Assembly: GCA_973895155.1 (NCBI GenBank)
Contig: OZ316893.1
Coordinates: forward strand, 5,532,171 to 5,596,170
DNA: 64,000 nucleotides
Source of the DNA: Marsupella aquatica
Taxonomy: Eukaryota > Plantae > Marchantiophyta
Direction of reading: 5' to 3'
In this document: one piece after another, positions 40,501 to 52,490 of the stretch
Layout: the number at the start of each line of letters is the position of its first letter
How positions within the stretch are numbered: position 1 is the stretch's first letter
The notes under the pieces: generated by a model
What the model was told of the DNA's origin: nothing
Databases searched by the model: none
The model's input: the letters and a program-made list of their open reading frames with translations, nothing else
Position numbers and translations under genes: made by a program

Positions 40501-41596
40501 CTGATACTAGCCATAAGATGAAATTTCGATTTCTACAATTTTGTCCTACCAGAGCTTATGTCTGGCTAAAAGGTGTCTTGCGAAAAAAGCCGAATACGCG
40601 AGTGCAAGGGCAAGAGAAATTGTTTTCCGGTGGCCCGCCCTGCAGGCACGCAAAACACGTGGGTTTTTCTGTTGCTTGATGGATTCGCATTGCCTCGATG
40701 CGCTTGGCCAGGTACGTCTAAACGATTTTGAACATAATGGCGTAAAACCTCGTCCACCCACGCTTTAGTTTCTCTCCAAAAGTTCGGGATATATATTTCT
40801 GAAACTTTTCAGAATAAATATACTAAAGTTCTTTGTTGACTAAACATTTGTGCGCGCTGAGAACATTCTCAACAAATTTGCAGATTGGAGGCGATACCAA
40901 CCAAGAACTTTGCTGAAACGAAGTAACATGCCTGTGTATTTTGTATTGCCCCTATTTTCATCCTTTTTATCCCTGTCAGAATACACGTCGAATGGTCCCA
41001 AAATGTCCTCTGTACAATTGTTATTATTGAAGTTGATTGTTACGTGGCTTCTCTAGCAGTTCATGCCACTCAATGATGACCAAATGGGATGCGTAGCAGA
41101 GCAACGAATTTGATGGATGGCATGTCTAGGGGATGAATGAAGAGGCTACAAGGTTTGACACCCTACTCAACCGCATCACCTCTTCCGACCACAACAGCAT
41201 GCAGCTCGGGACTCTTATAAAGAAACAGGACTGGTTTTCTGCCACCTCAAATGAATTTGCAGTAAAAGATTTTCTGGGTTGTCCACTCTGATAGGTTCCG
41301 TGTCATACAACTTCTGCAAGGGCAGTCAAGCTGCCAAACACGACCGGATGGAATCCATCCTTCAGTTCGAACAGAGGCCCAGCTTTCTCTTGAGAACTGC
41401 AACTTCTGGCCACACCTCATTTGCATGTGGAGTCTTTCGGCAGTACCTTATGGATCCTCCACACCTATTTTGAATTGAAATGGAGGGCAGTGGCGATGAA
41501 ATGTCGTTATGATAGTATCACAAGAATTTTATTACGCCCTCGTGACAAGTGTTGTGTAAAGCCTACCTCACGACACATTCTAAGCCACTGGACAAT

Positions 41597-41672
41597 TGAC
41601 AGATTCCAGCTTAATGTTACCCCTAACTGTTTGACAGATTCCAGCTTCATGTTACCCCTAACTGTTTGACAT
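41597..41672. repeat. 35-bp tandem duplication
   Basis: tgacagattccagctt.atgttacccctaactgtt occurs twice. Confidence 0.85.
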
Positions 41673-42904
41673 TTCCAATGCAACTTTGCCAGAGATATTT
41701 CACTTTGAGGGGAAGGCCACCTTCTTGCTTGGAAAGTTTCCCATGACCCGATTCATCAGTAAACTACTGCAGTTACAAAGTATTCCAATGCTGACAAGCG
41801 ATTGAAGTTTATTATTCATCATGCTCATCAAAGTTCACAGCGTTGTATGAAATATCGTAGGGGTCATCAGCATCTTTCCCATCCCGAGAGGCACTCGCTT
41901 TGCAAGAGATCTATTTCTGGACCCACCTCATGGAGAATCAGGAACATCAGCTCGTCAGTAAGTGAGACACAGGAAAATTCGCTGAAGATTCAATCGGACG
42001 ACCGGGGCAGTGAAACGCAAAGCACCTCGGCCTCTAGAACAACAGGAGAAGGTGACACTCATAGTGCCTGGAGAGTTTCGAATGAACCTTATTCGTCCAA
42101 TAGGTGCAGTGAGATTCAAATTTGATAATGGATTGGCAGGTGGCAGGGATCATTCGTCATGCTCAAAGTTCAAAGCGTCGAATGAAGTAATCAGATTGGT
42201 CATTAGGATCTTTGTTTCGGGTTTGGAACTTACTATTTATTACAAAATAATCAATTTTAGAAGGTCAGAGTGGGGAAACCCGGGAGAGAAAAGATGAGCA
42301 GAGTACCTCTCTAATTTAGAAGGGACATGAGTGAAGCTCATGATAGTACATGTAGTTTTGTTTGTTAATTAGTAGAACCATCCCCTTTAAAATAAATGGC
42401 AGAACAAGACAGACTGTGGTAAACTAGATAAACTTTTAGAATATTCACACATGAAAGTAAACTCATGTGAGCTTCCACACATCCACGCCTCTCTGGGCAG
42501 GCACCAAACAAACATTAACTTGGGCCAAATACTACTTTTACTATAGTAAGTTATCAAAATGGAGCACGTTTGCTCATGAGCCAGGATCTTTAGTCATCAC
42601 TTTGATCTGTGTTTGTTTTACTATCAAGACTTTGTCTTTCCCCAAACACAGCTATATTCAAAGTGGGCCAAGGGGCGCTCTATTGGAATAGTGCACTTGG
42701 GGTGTTGTATTCGAGTTTTGACTATCTATTTAAAGCATTTCTATTTGTGGGGTTGTGCTCAAAAATGGACAATTTTTTTGTACTCATGCTTTGCAATCAA
42801 TCATATCAATGAGCACAACTTGAGATGAATTTAGGCTGTTAGCAAGAAGTAGAGAAATAGAAGTGATATGTCTTAGTGAGTAGTGTTTGAGTTGAACCTT
42901 CTTA

Positions 42905-42997
42905 TACTTTGCAACAATATTTCTACCCTAAAAGAGAGTTGTAGCTATTTCTTACTTTGCAACAATATTTCTACCCTAAAAGAAAGTTGTAGCTATT
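42905..42997. repeat. 48-bp tandem duplication
   Basis: tactttgcaacaatatttctaccctaaaaga.agttgtagctatt occurs twice. Confidence 0.85.
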
Positions 42998-44857
42998 CCA
43001 ATCACAGTAGGGATGAGAACAAATTTTTAGTACTAAATACTCCAGGACCTTGCAAACTATATGCAGTGAGTCTACTATTATCACTTGCTAGCACATCTAT
43101 GTGACACATATTTATGACATGCAACAGTTACCATGTCAGCTGTCTAGAGGAACTAACACTTTAGATAAAACTTTTCTCCCACTAGTCACGATTGTCAGCT
43201 TAATATAATCTAGACTAATACCCGGGCCTGGATTGTACTCATAGGAGGGGCAAAAGGGGTACGCAAAAAAGGACAGGGCATGGGGAGAAGGTGTGTGTAT
43301 ATTTACACAAAAAGGCCCTCAAGTAGTCTTAAAAACCAATTGCCTTTCTTTAAAGAAAAACACCAGTTACACACCTTATTGCTTACATTTTCTTTGAGAA
43401 AAGTGATAACCAATGGCAAGAAAATTTTTCCAGATTGCACTGTGCCATTAGTAGCCCCAACAAAGAAAAAATGTATGCCGTCACTTCCCTTCTCTAATTC
43501 AAGTGCCATCACGGACGCAAAAATAACGACCTTGTGCATCATGGGCTACTGCACCACGATCTCTTATTGAATCATAGCAATATGCATGTCAATAAGGGAT
43601 TGAGCATGACATTGAAAAATAGGGTTCAAGCAAAAACAAACACCATAGCTAGGACCATAGCTTCTCAAGAAACCATATTAACGGTTGGTTTGCTTGTCTT
43701 GTCACACTCACTCTGCAAGCATCAGCAAACCATGTATCAAAACAACCAGCTCATTCCAATCTACAAACATTAGAGCTATGGCATGCAATGCCTCATACGC
43801 CACAAAGCTCACAGAGTCAATAAAACAAACTCTGGTCCATGCTCTGGTCCCTCCTTCAGAAAACCATCAATTAAAGACAATTATTGACAACTTCCACCAA
43901 AACATCCAACCTCCCATAGCATAAGCTTTTCTTTTCTCTCAGTACATAATTGAGCCTGAGTTCCTCTTCCACAAGCAAATATTGCTTGGGTATATAGTGT
44001 GTTGCACAACTAACCTAACCAAGTCTGCAACTTTGGTTAGCCTAACTACGTCTATAGTTGTAACTCTAGATCTTAAAGTAAATGCCTAACACCTAAAATA
44101 TCCAACTTCCATGCAATAGAACTCTGGAAAAACCATTGACACTAATTGCTGGAAAGACTGTCCCCTCATCCCAGACATGTGCTAATACCAGTTGTTTAGC
44201 AAAGATGCAACTTGCAACGACAAGTACATGATGTGACATCCAGTTACATCTAACAAAAAATAAGTGACTCACATAGATAGGTGGCTCACCTTTGATCAGG
44301 CTATGTCCACATATCAAAACACACAAGAACTTTATTGCACTCTGGGCCCATTGGCCATATTGAGTCCCGTACTGAGTCTCCATAGCACAAGCTCTCCAGG
44401 CTATCTCTCAAGAGGCTCCGTAACAATGAGCCCAAGTTCCTCCTCACAAGTGAACACTTGTTCAATTGTCTATATAGGATGCAACATGATGAACCTTAGC
44501 AACTTGCCCATCACTACAATTAGGCTAGTAACTATGTTTATGGCCATAGCTCTAGACCTAAGAGTAGATGCCTTACACATCCAATGTTCAACACAAGTAA
44601 TTGGACAAGAGAGCACAGTCACACAAGTCAGAGGTACATATATGGTTCACTTCTCCAAACTAAGGTTACTTCCACAAGAACACAAGAGAGCTTATTGAAG
44701 TCCAAGCCGATTGGCCATACCAAGTGTGGACATAACAAGTTCTTCCTAACTCTTAAATGATTCCATACCTACTTCCCACTTGAAAACTAAATCCTACCAG
44801 CAATGATATAAGAGTAGCACATCTAACCCTAACCAAGCATCTGACTATGGTTGGATT

Positions 44858-45278
44858 TGTTGAGCATAGACGACGATCGCAACGGCAAGCCCATGAACCA
44901 TCCAACGCACAATAGTCGACACAAGAGATACGTGGTTCACCTCCTTGAGGCTACGTCCACGGGAACACACAAGAGAGCTTTACTGAACTCTAAGCCCGTC
45001 GGCTATACCGAGTCTCCACAGTGTAAGCTCTCCCTATCTCTCAAGTGGCTCCATAACAATGAGCCTTGGTTCTACCTCTCCAAGCACACATGCCTCTTAT
45101 GATATAGTGTGCAACTTAGTTGTACCTAACCACATAGTTGTACCTAATTACGTAGTTGTACCTAACCACATAGTTGTACCTAATCACGTAGTTGTACCTA
45201 ACCACGTAGTTGTACCAACCCACGTTGTTGTACCAACCACGTCATACCTAACCTAGACGTAAGAGTAAATACCCAACA
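44858..45278 (-). repeat. Copia 3' LTR
   Basis: tgttgagc...acccaaca, 421 bp, adjacent to the PPT. Confidence 0.97.
45117..45241. repeat. 7 x 18-bp tandem array in LTR U3, each unit containing GTAC (second copy 50744-50868)
   Basis: Unit tagttgtacctaaccac(a/g). Confidence 0.95.
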
Positions 45279-45295
45279 ATCTTCCCCTTGACTCT
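45279..45295 (-). other. Polypurine tract
   Basis: Minus strand agagtcaaggggaagat immediately before the 3' LTR. Confidence 0.85.
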
Positions 45296-45469
45296 GGTCT
45301 AGGGGAGAGTAATACTGCCAATGTATATGATCCCTCAGCGGGAAGTTCTGGACAGAAACCAAACCGGTTTCCCTCTCTAACTAGAGCAAACCAGAACTAA
45401 GCCGTAGCCTAATACATAGGAATGAGGAAGAGCATATATCAGTAATTACAATGAATGTTTAAGAAAACT

Positions 45470-46465
45470 CTACTTGTGATGCAATTGCAAAACCTGCAAT
45501 ACGTCACGGTGTCTAGAGAAACTCTCCAAAGGAATCACTTTGGTAAATGCGTCAGCCGGGTTGAGTTTACCATCAATCTTGACTAGCTCAAACAAATTAT
45601 CAGACACAGCCTGCCTGATAAAATGGTACCTGACGTCAATGTGCTTCACTCTGCTGTCCATCACCTGGTTCACAGCAAGGTGGAGCGCACTTTGACTATC
45701 ACAATGGAGCTTCACATTCCCCTGTGGCAATCCTATTTCAGTGATAAGTCTATCCAACCAAATCGCTTCCTTTGCTGCTTCCGCAGCTGCAACATACTCC
45801 GCTTCTGTAGTAGACTGAGCAATACACTTCTGCAAAGTAGACCTCCAACTTATGCATCCACCGCCAAGTGTGAACACGTATCCTGTTGTTGATCTCCTTC
45901 GGTCCAAATCTTGTCCATAGTCAGAATCTACATAGCCAATCAATGATCTAGCATTCTTTGCATTCGCATCAAATAAAAGACCATGATCCACGGTACCCTT
46001 CAAGTACCTGATAATCCACTTCACTGCTTCCCAGTGTACCTTCCCTGGATTCGACATGTACCTGCTCACCTTGCCCATAGCCATGGCAAGATCAGGTCTA
46101 GTGCAAGTCATCAAATACATGAGACTCCCCACTGCCTTGTCATATGGAACCTTTGACATCAACCCCTTCTCTGTGTCATCCGTAGGACAGAACGCTGATG
46201 ATAACTTGAAGTGTGGAGCCAACGGGGTACTTACTGGCTTGCTATTCTCCATGTTGAACCTTGCAATTACCTTCCTCGCATAACTGCTCTGCGTCAACCA
46301 TAGCTTGCCAGCCTCCAAGTCCCTAGTGATCTCCATACCCAAAATCCTCTTAGCTGGCCCTAAGTCCTTCATCTTAAACTCTGCACTAAGCAGTGCCTTG
46401 AGCTTAACAATCTCAGACCTATCCTTGGCTGCAATTAGCATGTCATCCACATAAAGTACTAAAAA
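45470..46465 (-). CDS. pol: Copia pol C-terminal part (RT catalytic region and RNase H), after a frameshift
   Basis: LYVDDMLI, KDLG, VGSLMYL..CTRPD, GYVDSD, STTEAEY, CDSQSA, KHIDVRYHFIR and NPADAFTK. Joined to the upstream frame by a 1-nt insertion in the A5 run at 46461-46465. Confidence 0.9.
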   Translation of the reverse strand, partial: FLVLYVDDMLIAAKDRSEIVKLKALLSAEFKMKDLGPAKRILGMEITRDLEAGKLWLTQSSYARKVIARFNMENSKPVSTPLAPHFKLSSAFCPTDDTEKGLMSKVPYDKAVGSLMYLMTCTRPDLAMAMGKVSRYMSNPGKVHWEAVKWIIRYLKGTVDHGLLFDANAKNARSLIGYVDSDYGQDLDRRRSTTGYVFTLGGGCISWRSTLQKCIAQSTTEAEYVAAAEAAKEAIWLDRLITEIGLPQGNVKLHCDSQSALHLAVNQVMDSRVKHIDVRYHFIRQAVSDNLFELVKIDGKLNPADAFTKVIPLESFSRHRDVLQVLQLHHK

Positions 46466-48743
46466 TAATGAACCCAAAGACAACATTCTTCACCGGTTTC
46501 AAATACACACAAGGGTCAAATACACTTCTGTGAAAACCTTGTGATCGAATCCAATCGTCAAACCGCTTGTTCCACTGTCTTGGTGACTGCTTCAACCCAT
46601 ACAAGGATTTCAGCAATCTGCAAACCAATTCCTCCTGTCCTCTCTTCACAAAACCTAGCGGTTGTCTCATGAAGATCACCTCTTCCAATGTGCCATAGAG
46701 GAAAGCTGTGACAACATCCATCTGATCTAGGAGCAGACCAAACATTACAACAAGTACACACAATAGTCGTATTGTAGAGTACTTAGCAACTGGTGAGAAG
46801 ACCTCATTGTAATCCACACCTTTCTCTTGTGTGAATCCCTTTGCTACCAATCTAGCCTTGTAGACCTTCGATCCACCTCCTATGGAATTATCCTTCAGCT
46901 TGTAAATCCACTTGCTGTCCACCACTTGCTGACCCTTAGGCAGCTTAACAAGCTCCCAAGTTTTGTTGTCCTTTAGTGACTGCATCTCCGTTTGCATTGT
47001 TGCAGTCCACTTCTGCTTCTCTTTTGAAGCACTTGCCTCATGAAATGAAGAAGGTTCTCCTTCTTCCAAAATTAACGCATCACCCTCATCATCAGCTGTA
47101 AAATCATCCTCTTGCAGTTGAGATGAATCAACCCACTGTCCATACCTTGATGGAGCGCGTACAGTGCGACCAGATGTTCTTCTAGCCGATGACTCCGGTT
47201 GATCTGCGTGTGCTGGTACAATTTGAAGCTCAACAGCATCCACTTGTTGCTCACCAGCATCAACAAACTCCTCTGGTTCCTCTGGCATAGGAACCAGCTC
47301 CATAATTGGAGCAACTCCTTCTCTCCGGTCATGCACCTCATAACCAATCTCCCCCTCAACGAGATCCGGGATAGGAGATTTTCCTTTGTCAGTACGGGAG
47401 ACCTGAGTATTCTCCCCCTCCTTCAATAATCTGGATTCATTGAAGGAAACATCCCTACTGACAACGAGCTTACAGGCAATAGGATCCCATAGCCTATAGG
47501 CTTTCACACCACTCTGGTACCCAAGAAAAACACATTTCCTGGAGGTAGGATCCAACTTGGTCCTATTCTGCTTTGGTGTGAGAGCATATGCATCACTTCC
47601 AAAAATTACCAAGCCATGATAGTCTGCTTGCCGCTTATAGCGCATCTCAAACGGCGTTTTGAAATTGATAGCACTAGAAGGAGAAAGATTTACCAAATAA
47701 GCTGCGGTATTGACAGCTTCTGCCCAAAATTCTTGTGGTAAACCTGATTGGCTCAACATACTCCGTGACCGCTCCAACAGTGTCCGATTGAGCCTCTCAG
47801 CGACACCATTCTGCTGCGGAGTATAAACTGTGGTGAGATGGCGAGTTATCCCCTGTTCTGAACAGTACTCTTCAAATTCCATTGAAGTGTACTCCCCACC
47901 GTTGTCTGACCTCAGACTCTTCACCCTTGTATCCAAACACTTGATCGTGTTTCCAGTCTGATTCTCCACCTGGGCCTTCCACTTCTTAAAAATGGACAAG
48001 ACATCAGACTTATGCGTCATGAAATAAATCCACACAAATCTTGAGTAATCATCAATAAATGATACATAGTACAACTTTCCAGAGTGTGAGGGAGTCGGGG
48101 ATGGACCCCACACGTCACTATGTATGTACTCAAGAACCGCTTTGGAACGATGAGTTCCAACACCAAAAGCACGACGATGCTGCTTTCCAAGAATGCAATG
48201 CTCACAAAACTCTAATTTACAAGATTGCAAATCAGAAATGAGTCCATTCTTCCGTAAGATAGCCAAACCCTTCTCACTCATGTGGCCTAGCCGTGAATGC
48301 CACAGTTGAGTCATCTCCTCGTGAGACTTGGTTACATTGGCCTCTCCACATACAGTATTGCCCTGTAACACATACAAATTCTTTTGTCTACTCCCCTTCA
48401 AAATCACTGTCTCTCCCGACCTGACTTGAAGTTCACCATCAATAACGCTCCATTGATGACCATTTGAATCCAACACACCGAGTGAAATCAGATTCTTACG
48501 CATGCCAGGTACATACCTGACTCCGGACACTGTGCGCACAGCGCCATCAAACATTTGAATCTTCACAGACCCAATTCCCTCAATTTGACAGGAGTGATCA
48601 TTTCCCATCAGAACTGAACCGTTTGAAACAGAGTAAGAACTGAAAAACTCACGAATGTAACAAATATGAAAAGAGCAAGCACAATCAAGAATCCACACAT
48701 CATCTGCTCTCCTAGATGACGTGCACAAGGCATACCCCCGGCT
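46443..48743 (-). CDS. pol: Copia pol N-terminal part (protease, GAG-pre-integrase, integrase, RT N-terminus)
   Basis: WILDCACSFH, LWHSRLGH, CEHC, HSDVWGP, FIDDYSR, LRSDNGGEY, PQQNGVAER, WAEA, YKARLVAKG, QMDVVTAFLYG and LYGLKQSPRQW. Confidence 0.93.
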   Translation of the reverse strand, partial: SRGYALCTSSRRADDVWILDCACSFHICYIREFFSSYSVSNGSVLMGNDHSCQIEGIGSVKIQMFDGAVRTVSGVRYVPGMRKNLISLGVLDSNGHQWSVIDGELQVRSGETVILKGSRQKNLYVLQGNTVCGEANVTKSHEEMTQLWHSRLGHMSEKGLAILRKNGLISDLQSCKLEFCEHCILGKQHRRAFGVGTHRSKAVLEYIHSDVWGPSPTPSHSGKLYYVSFIDDYSRFVWIYFMTHKSDVLSIFKKWKAQVENQTGNTIKCLDTRVKSLRSDNGGEYTSMEFEEYCSEQGITRHLTTVYTPQQNGVAERLNRTLLERSRSMLSQSGLPQEFWAEAVNTAAYLVNLSPSSAINFKTPFEMRYKRQADYHGLVIFGSDAYALTPKQNRTKLDPTSRKCVFLGYQSGVKAYRLWDPIACKLVVSRDVSFNESRLLKEGENTQVSRTDKGKSPIPDLVEGEIGYEVHDRREGVAPIMELVPMPEEPEEFVDAGEQQVDAVELQIVPAHADQPESSARRTSGRTVRAPSRYGQWVDSSQLQEDDFTADDEGDALILEEGEPSSFHEASASKEKQKWTATMQTEMQSLKDNKTWELVKLPKGQQVVDSKWIYKLKDNSIGGGSKVYKARLVAKGFTQEKGVDYNEVFSPVAKYSTIRLLCVLVVMFGLLLDQMDVVTAFLYGTLEEVIFMRQPLGFVKRGQEELVCRLLKSLYGLKQSPRQWNKRFDDWIRSQGFHRSVFDPCVYLKPVKNVVFGFIIFSTLCG

Positions 48744-49778
48744 TCATAAAACATACTCATCATTGAGTAAATCAGCTTCTCCATCAGCCCTAGCCACATT
48801 TGCCGATGAAGTTTCCGCTGCCTTTCCCTTATAGTCTCGCTTGAAGTGTCCAACTTGGTTGCACTTCCAACATGTCACCTGCCTCCTCTGAGGGGATTTA
48901 CCCTTGGACTTAGATCTGGATTTAGATCTAAACTGGGTTCTACGGTCCCCAGTTGGTCGCTGCATACTCCTCCCACGGTTAACATTGAGGGCAACACCAG
49001 ATGATGAAGGCTGTGACGTGATGTGCATCTTCTGCTGAAGATCATCACTAAGCAAAGAACTTACCACGTCATTGTATGAAATGGTATCCCTATCACGATG
49101 CAACAACACTCGTGATAGGGACTGGTAAGATGGAGGCAATGAACTAAGAAGCTGCAGAGCCTTCGTCTCATCATTCAAAGTCTCCCCAAGGTTTTCCAAG
49201 TCAACGACCATGTCGTTGAAAGCATCCACATGGTCTTGCAACTTCGTACCAGATTCCTTCATCCTGAAACTCATCAGTTTGTAGGAAGTGTAGAGCCGGT
49301 TCGACAACTCCTTGCGGTGATACTTGCTCTGCAATTCCGCAAACAAGGACATGCAATCCTTATGTGCACCTAACTGCTTGATGATGGGAGGCATGAGATA
49401 GAGTGTAACACACCACACTCCCTGCTCCTGCATGCGGTCCCATTGTTTCTCATCAACATCGTCTTCACGAGGGCTCAGCAGTTGGCCCATCCCTGACGCA
49501 TAAAGCACTCCCTTCACCTGCTTCTCCCATAGCAAGTAGTCAGAGCGCCCATCATACTTTGTCACTTCATACTTGGGTCCCCCAAGCTTGAAAGTCCCCA
49601 TCTTCTTCTTTACCGTGAGCTCCGGTAGTAGTACTGCTTCCTCCACCACACGCCGCACCGGTGATGGTATCGGTGTCACGTGCTCTTCCTCCTGCTCCTC
49701 TCTCTGCCCCTGAAACCTCCACGGTGATCCTCGTGCTTCAAGTTCCACGTCTTCGAAAAACTCCTCCGAATCACTCAT
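48744..49778 (-). CDS. gag: Copia Gag (UBN2-type) with mutated zinc knuckle
   Basis: KYDGRSDYLLW, FRMKE, HVDAFN and LLSSLPPSY; knuckle CWKCNQVGHFKRDY has the last Cys changed to Tyr. Ends in a TGA in frame with pol. Confidence 0.92.
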   Translation of the reverse strand: MSDSEEFFEDVELEARGSPWRFQGQREEQEEEHVTPIPSPVRRVVEEAVLLPELTVKKKMGTFKLGGPKYEVTKYDGRSDYLLWEKQVKGVLYASGMGQLLSPREDDVDEKQWDRMQEQGVWCVTLYLMPPIIKQLGAHKDCMSLFAELQSKYHRKELSNRLYTSYKLMSFRMKESGTKLQDHVDAFNDMVVDLENLGETLNDETKALQLLSSLPPSYQSLSRVLLHRDRDTISYNDVVSSLLSDDLQQKMHITSQPSSSGVALNVNRGRSMQRPTGDRRTQFRSKSRSKSKGKSPQRRQVTCWKCNQVGHFKRDYKGKAAETSSANVARADGEADLLNDEYVL

Positions 49779-50470
49779 ATGAGAAAGTCACAAAAAATGT
49801 TGTTTTTCACAACTTCTCAAAAAACTCGAAACTCAACACCGCCGCGTAGCCCACAAAGCTAGGAGTCCAATACTGAAAACCAAAATCAAAATCGAAGTTT
49901 GACGGAAAAGTTATTCAAATTTCGGTCGAGGTGGGTAAAACCTTGGGAAACTCCCCCATTTTGACCACCTCAGGGAATAACCGAAATACCAAGTACAACC
50001 CGTTGTCGGAATTGCGATGTGATTGGTGCGCTGCATTGCCAACTTCAATGGCTACGACCTCACTTGTCAACAACGAATGTTGATCAATTGCACTTGGTGC
50101 CGTCACCAAGTCCAACAAGGTAATTGATTTTGCTTAGCCTTCCTCTTTGCATCAAAGAGCCAATCCCGGACTCAAAAACAATCGTCTTGCCTCAATCTCT
50201 CCGTTGAGTCAAAACACTTGACGCTTCTCCCTCCGAGTCGATTGCCAACTTTCTTCACAAAATCCAGAACGACGAAAACTTAGATCTCTCTGCACCACGA
50301 GCTCCGTTCAACGATTTCTTCACACCGTTAGAAAGCTCTTGCCCTGATCTATCCGTTGAGCCCATAAACTCCAAGTTCCATGCGATGGAACTCTGGAAAA
50401 TCCACCAACACTCAACGCTGGAAAAACCGTCATGAAATCCCGTCACGAACACACGTCACCTCCCAAGCAT

Positions 50471-50482
50471 GCTCTGATACCA
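50471..50482 (-). other. Primer binding site, tRNA-iMet
   Basis: Minus strand TGGTATCAGAGC, 2 nt from the 5' LTR. Confidence 0.95.
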
Positions 50483-50484
50483 AT

Positions 50485-50905
50485 TGTTGAGCATAGACGA
50501 CGATCGTAACGGCAAGCCCATGAACCATCCAACGCACAATAGTCGACACAAGAGATACATGGTTCACCTCCTTGAGGCTACGTCCACGGGAACACACAAG
50601 AGAGCTTTACTGAACTCTAAGCCCGTCGGCTATACCGAGTCTCCACAGTGTAAGCTCTCCCTATCTCTCAAGTGGCTCCATAACAATGAGCCTTGGTTCT
50701 ACCTCTCCAAGCACACATGCCTCTTATGATATAGTGTGCAACTTAGTTGTACCTAACCACATAGTTGTACCTAATTACGTAGTTGTACCTAACCACATAG
50801 TTGTACCTAATCACGTAGTTGTACCTAACCACGTAGTTGTACCAACTCACGTTGTTGTACCAACCACGTCATACCTAACCTAGACGTAAGAGTAAATACC
50901 CAACA
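50485..50905 (-). repeat. Copia 5' LTR
   Basis: 421-bp copy of 44858-45278, adjacent to the PBS. Confidence 0.97.
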
Positions 50906-52309
50906 GGATTAAGTGCAGCTAAATAGTAACTCTAGACCTAAAAGTAAATGTCTAACATAACTCTGTCCCCACCTTTGCAACCCACCACCTTGGTCATGGG
51001 CTTGGCCATAGGCCTGGTCATATATGCTGGGAAGGGAGTCCACACATCATGAATAGTAAATCCAGTAATAGAAAAAGAATAGTGAAGCTTCACATGTGGA
51101 AGAGTGTTAATTGAAAACCCAGTTATTGCTCCCTATTGGGGCGTGCCATTCAATGCTTGCTAGGTGTAATATTTAGTGTCTCAGTTGTCCATTGTGCACA
51201 GAAGGTGAACACATTCATGAGGATGTATATATTTCATCATATTTTTGAATATTATCTAGGGTACAGTGATACACCAAGGGCACTAGAGTTGGCTCCACAT
51301 TGGTCTCCCAACAAGCCTTAATTGCCCAAGGGAGGAATCTTCATTAATTGGGTATGGTAGGGAGGTTTTGTTTCACATGTGACCATGCAGCTTGTCCCAA
51401 AGGGACTTTCACCAAAGGCCTTTGCATGTACACAAAAGATCAACTTTAGAGGGGTTTTTTTTTTTTGGGGGGGGGGGGGGGGTTGAGGCCCAACTCATAT
51501 GTCTTTGGCCCTTTGTTTTGTGGTCCTCAATTTCACACATGACATAGAAGTACATTCATTGAGATACCCCAACACCTAGCGCGAGGCTTATGCCATAAAA
51601 AGTGCAGAGCCAAGGGCAAAAGCCGGACACTTTCCAGCCCTTGCAGAAGTCGTCCTTTGAATTTCAGATAAACCAAAATGTCCTGCATAATTTGCAGTGA
51701 CAACCACAAAGAATGAATCCACGGGCAAGGGCAATCATCACACTTAACAGGCTGGGACAACATCTACTTTTTCCCCAAAGCTTTGCAAGTGCTCAATAGG
51801 GCCAAATGCTTTGGTGCTGCAGACATGCAAGTTGGGTCTTAGTTAGGGAAGCTCTGAGCTCATTTTTCACTAGGGACTTCACCACAACCCTTTGAACACA
51901 AAAGACCTTGGGAGGTTTTGAGTTCATGTTATTTTTTATCAGTAGTTGACAAGCTTGTACACTTCATCAGAGCCCTTTGCACCCAAAGTGACTTTCACCA
52001 AAGCAGTTTGCACACAAATGACTCGACTCCAATGGAGATTCCTCTTGTCACCTATGAAGAGCATTTAAGAGTGAGACCTAAAGGATTGTTAATAAATGTA
52101 AATCCCAAAGAAACATAGGCCTAAACATACATGGAAAAGTTCACTAGGAGACAATCCTATGGGTCAAGTCAGGGAAGAGTGAAAGCGCCACCAAAAAACA
52201 GGTGAGCAGGTGTTTACCAAGAGAGTTACCTACTAAGAGACAGAGCAAGCCAAAAGCTAGAACCAGCTTCTCTTTTTGTCTTGTTGACAGAGCTAGACGG
52301 CCACAACAC

Positions 52310-52490
52310 ACACTACCTATTGGGTATATACAATGAACCGTGGAAAAGTGCAGACACTACCTATTAATTGGGTATATACAATGAATTGTGGACAAGTGTA
52401 GGTCACACTACCTATTGGGTATATACAATGAACCATGAAAAAGTGCAGACACTACCTATTAATCGGCTGTATACAATGAACCGTGGAAAG
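52310..52490. repeat. ~45-bp tandem repeat, 4 copies
   Basis: acactacctatt(aatt)gggtatatacaatgaaccgtggaaaagtgcag. Confidence 0.85.

Larger units (their letters stand above)
44858..50905 (-). mobile_element. Full-length Ty1/copia LTR retrotransposon (6048 bp)
   Basis: Two 421-bp TG..CA LTRs with 3 differences; 5-bp TSD GGATT (44853-44857, 50906-50910); PBS, PPT and the gag-PR-INT-RT-RNaseH domain order. Confidence 0.98.

Noticed and set aside
41050-41400. Minus-strand peptide ELKDGFHPVV...SFTANSF, reminiscent of MutS ATPase
   Set aside because: In-frame stops and no Walker A motif; the similarity is too weak without a search.
43200-44850. CpG-depleted decayed element around the copia insertion
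   Set aside because: Probably an old transposon, but no assignable motifs or termini.
51455-51482. Adjacent poly-T and poly-G runs
   Set aside because: Simple homopolymers in decayed repeat DNA; length unreliable and no functional evidence.
52310-52490. Repeat arrays (also 45117-45241 and 57853-58091) considered as CRISPR-like
   Set aside because: Eukaryotic context, no unique regular spacers and no cas genes.
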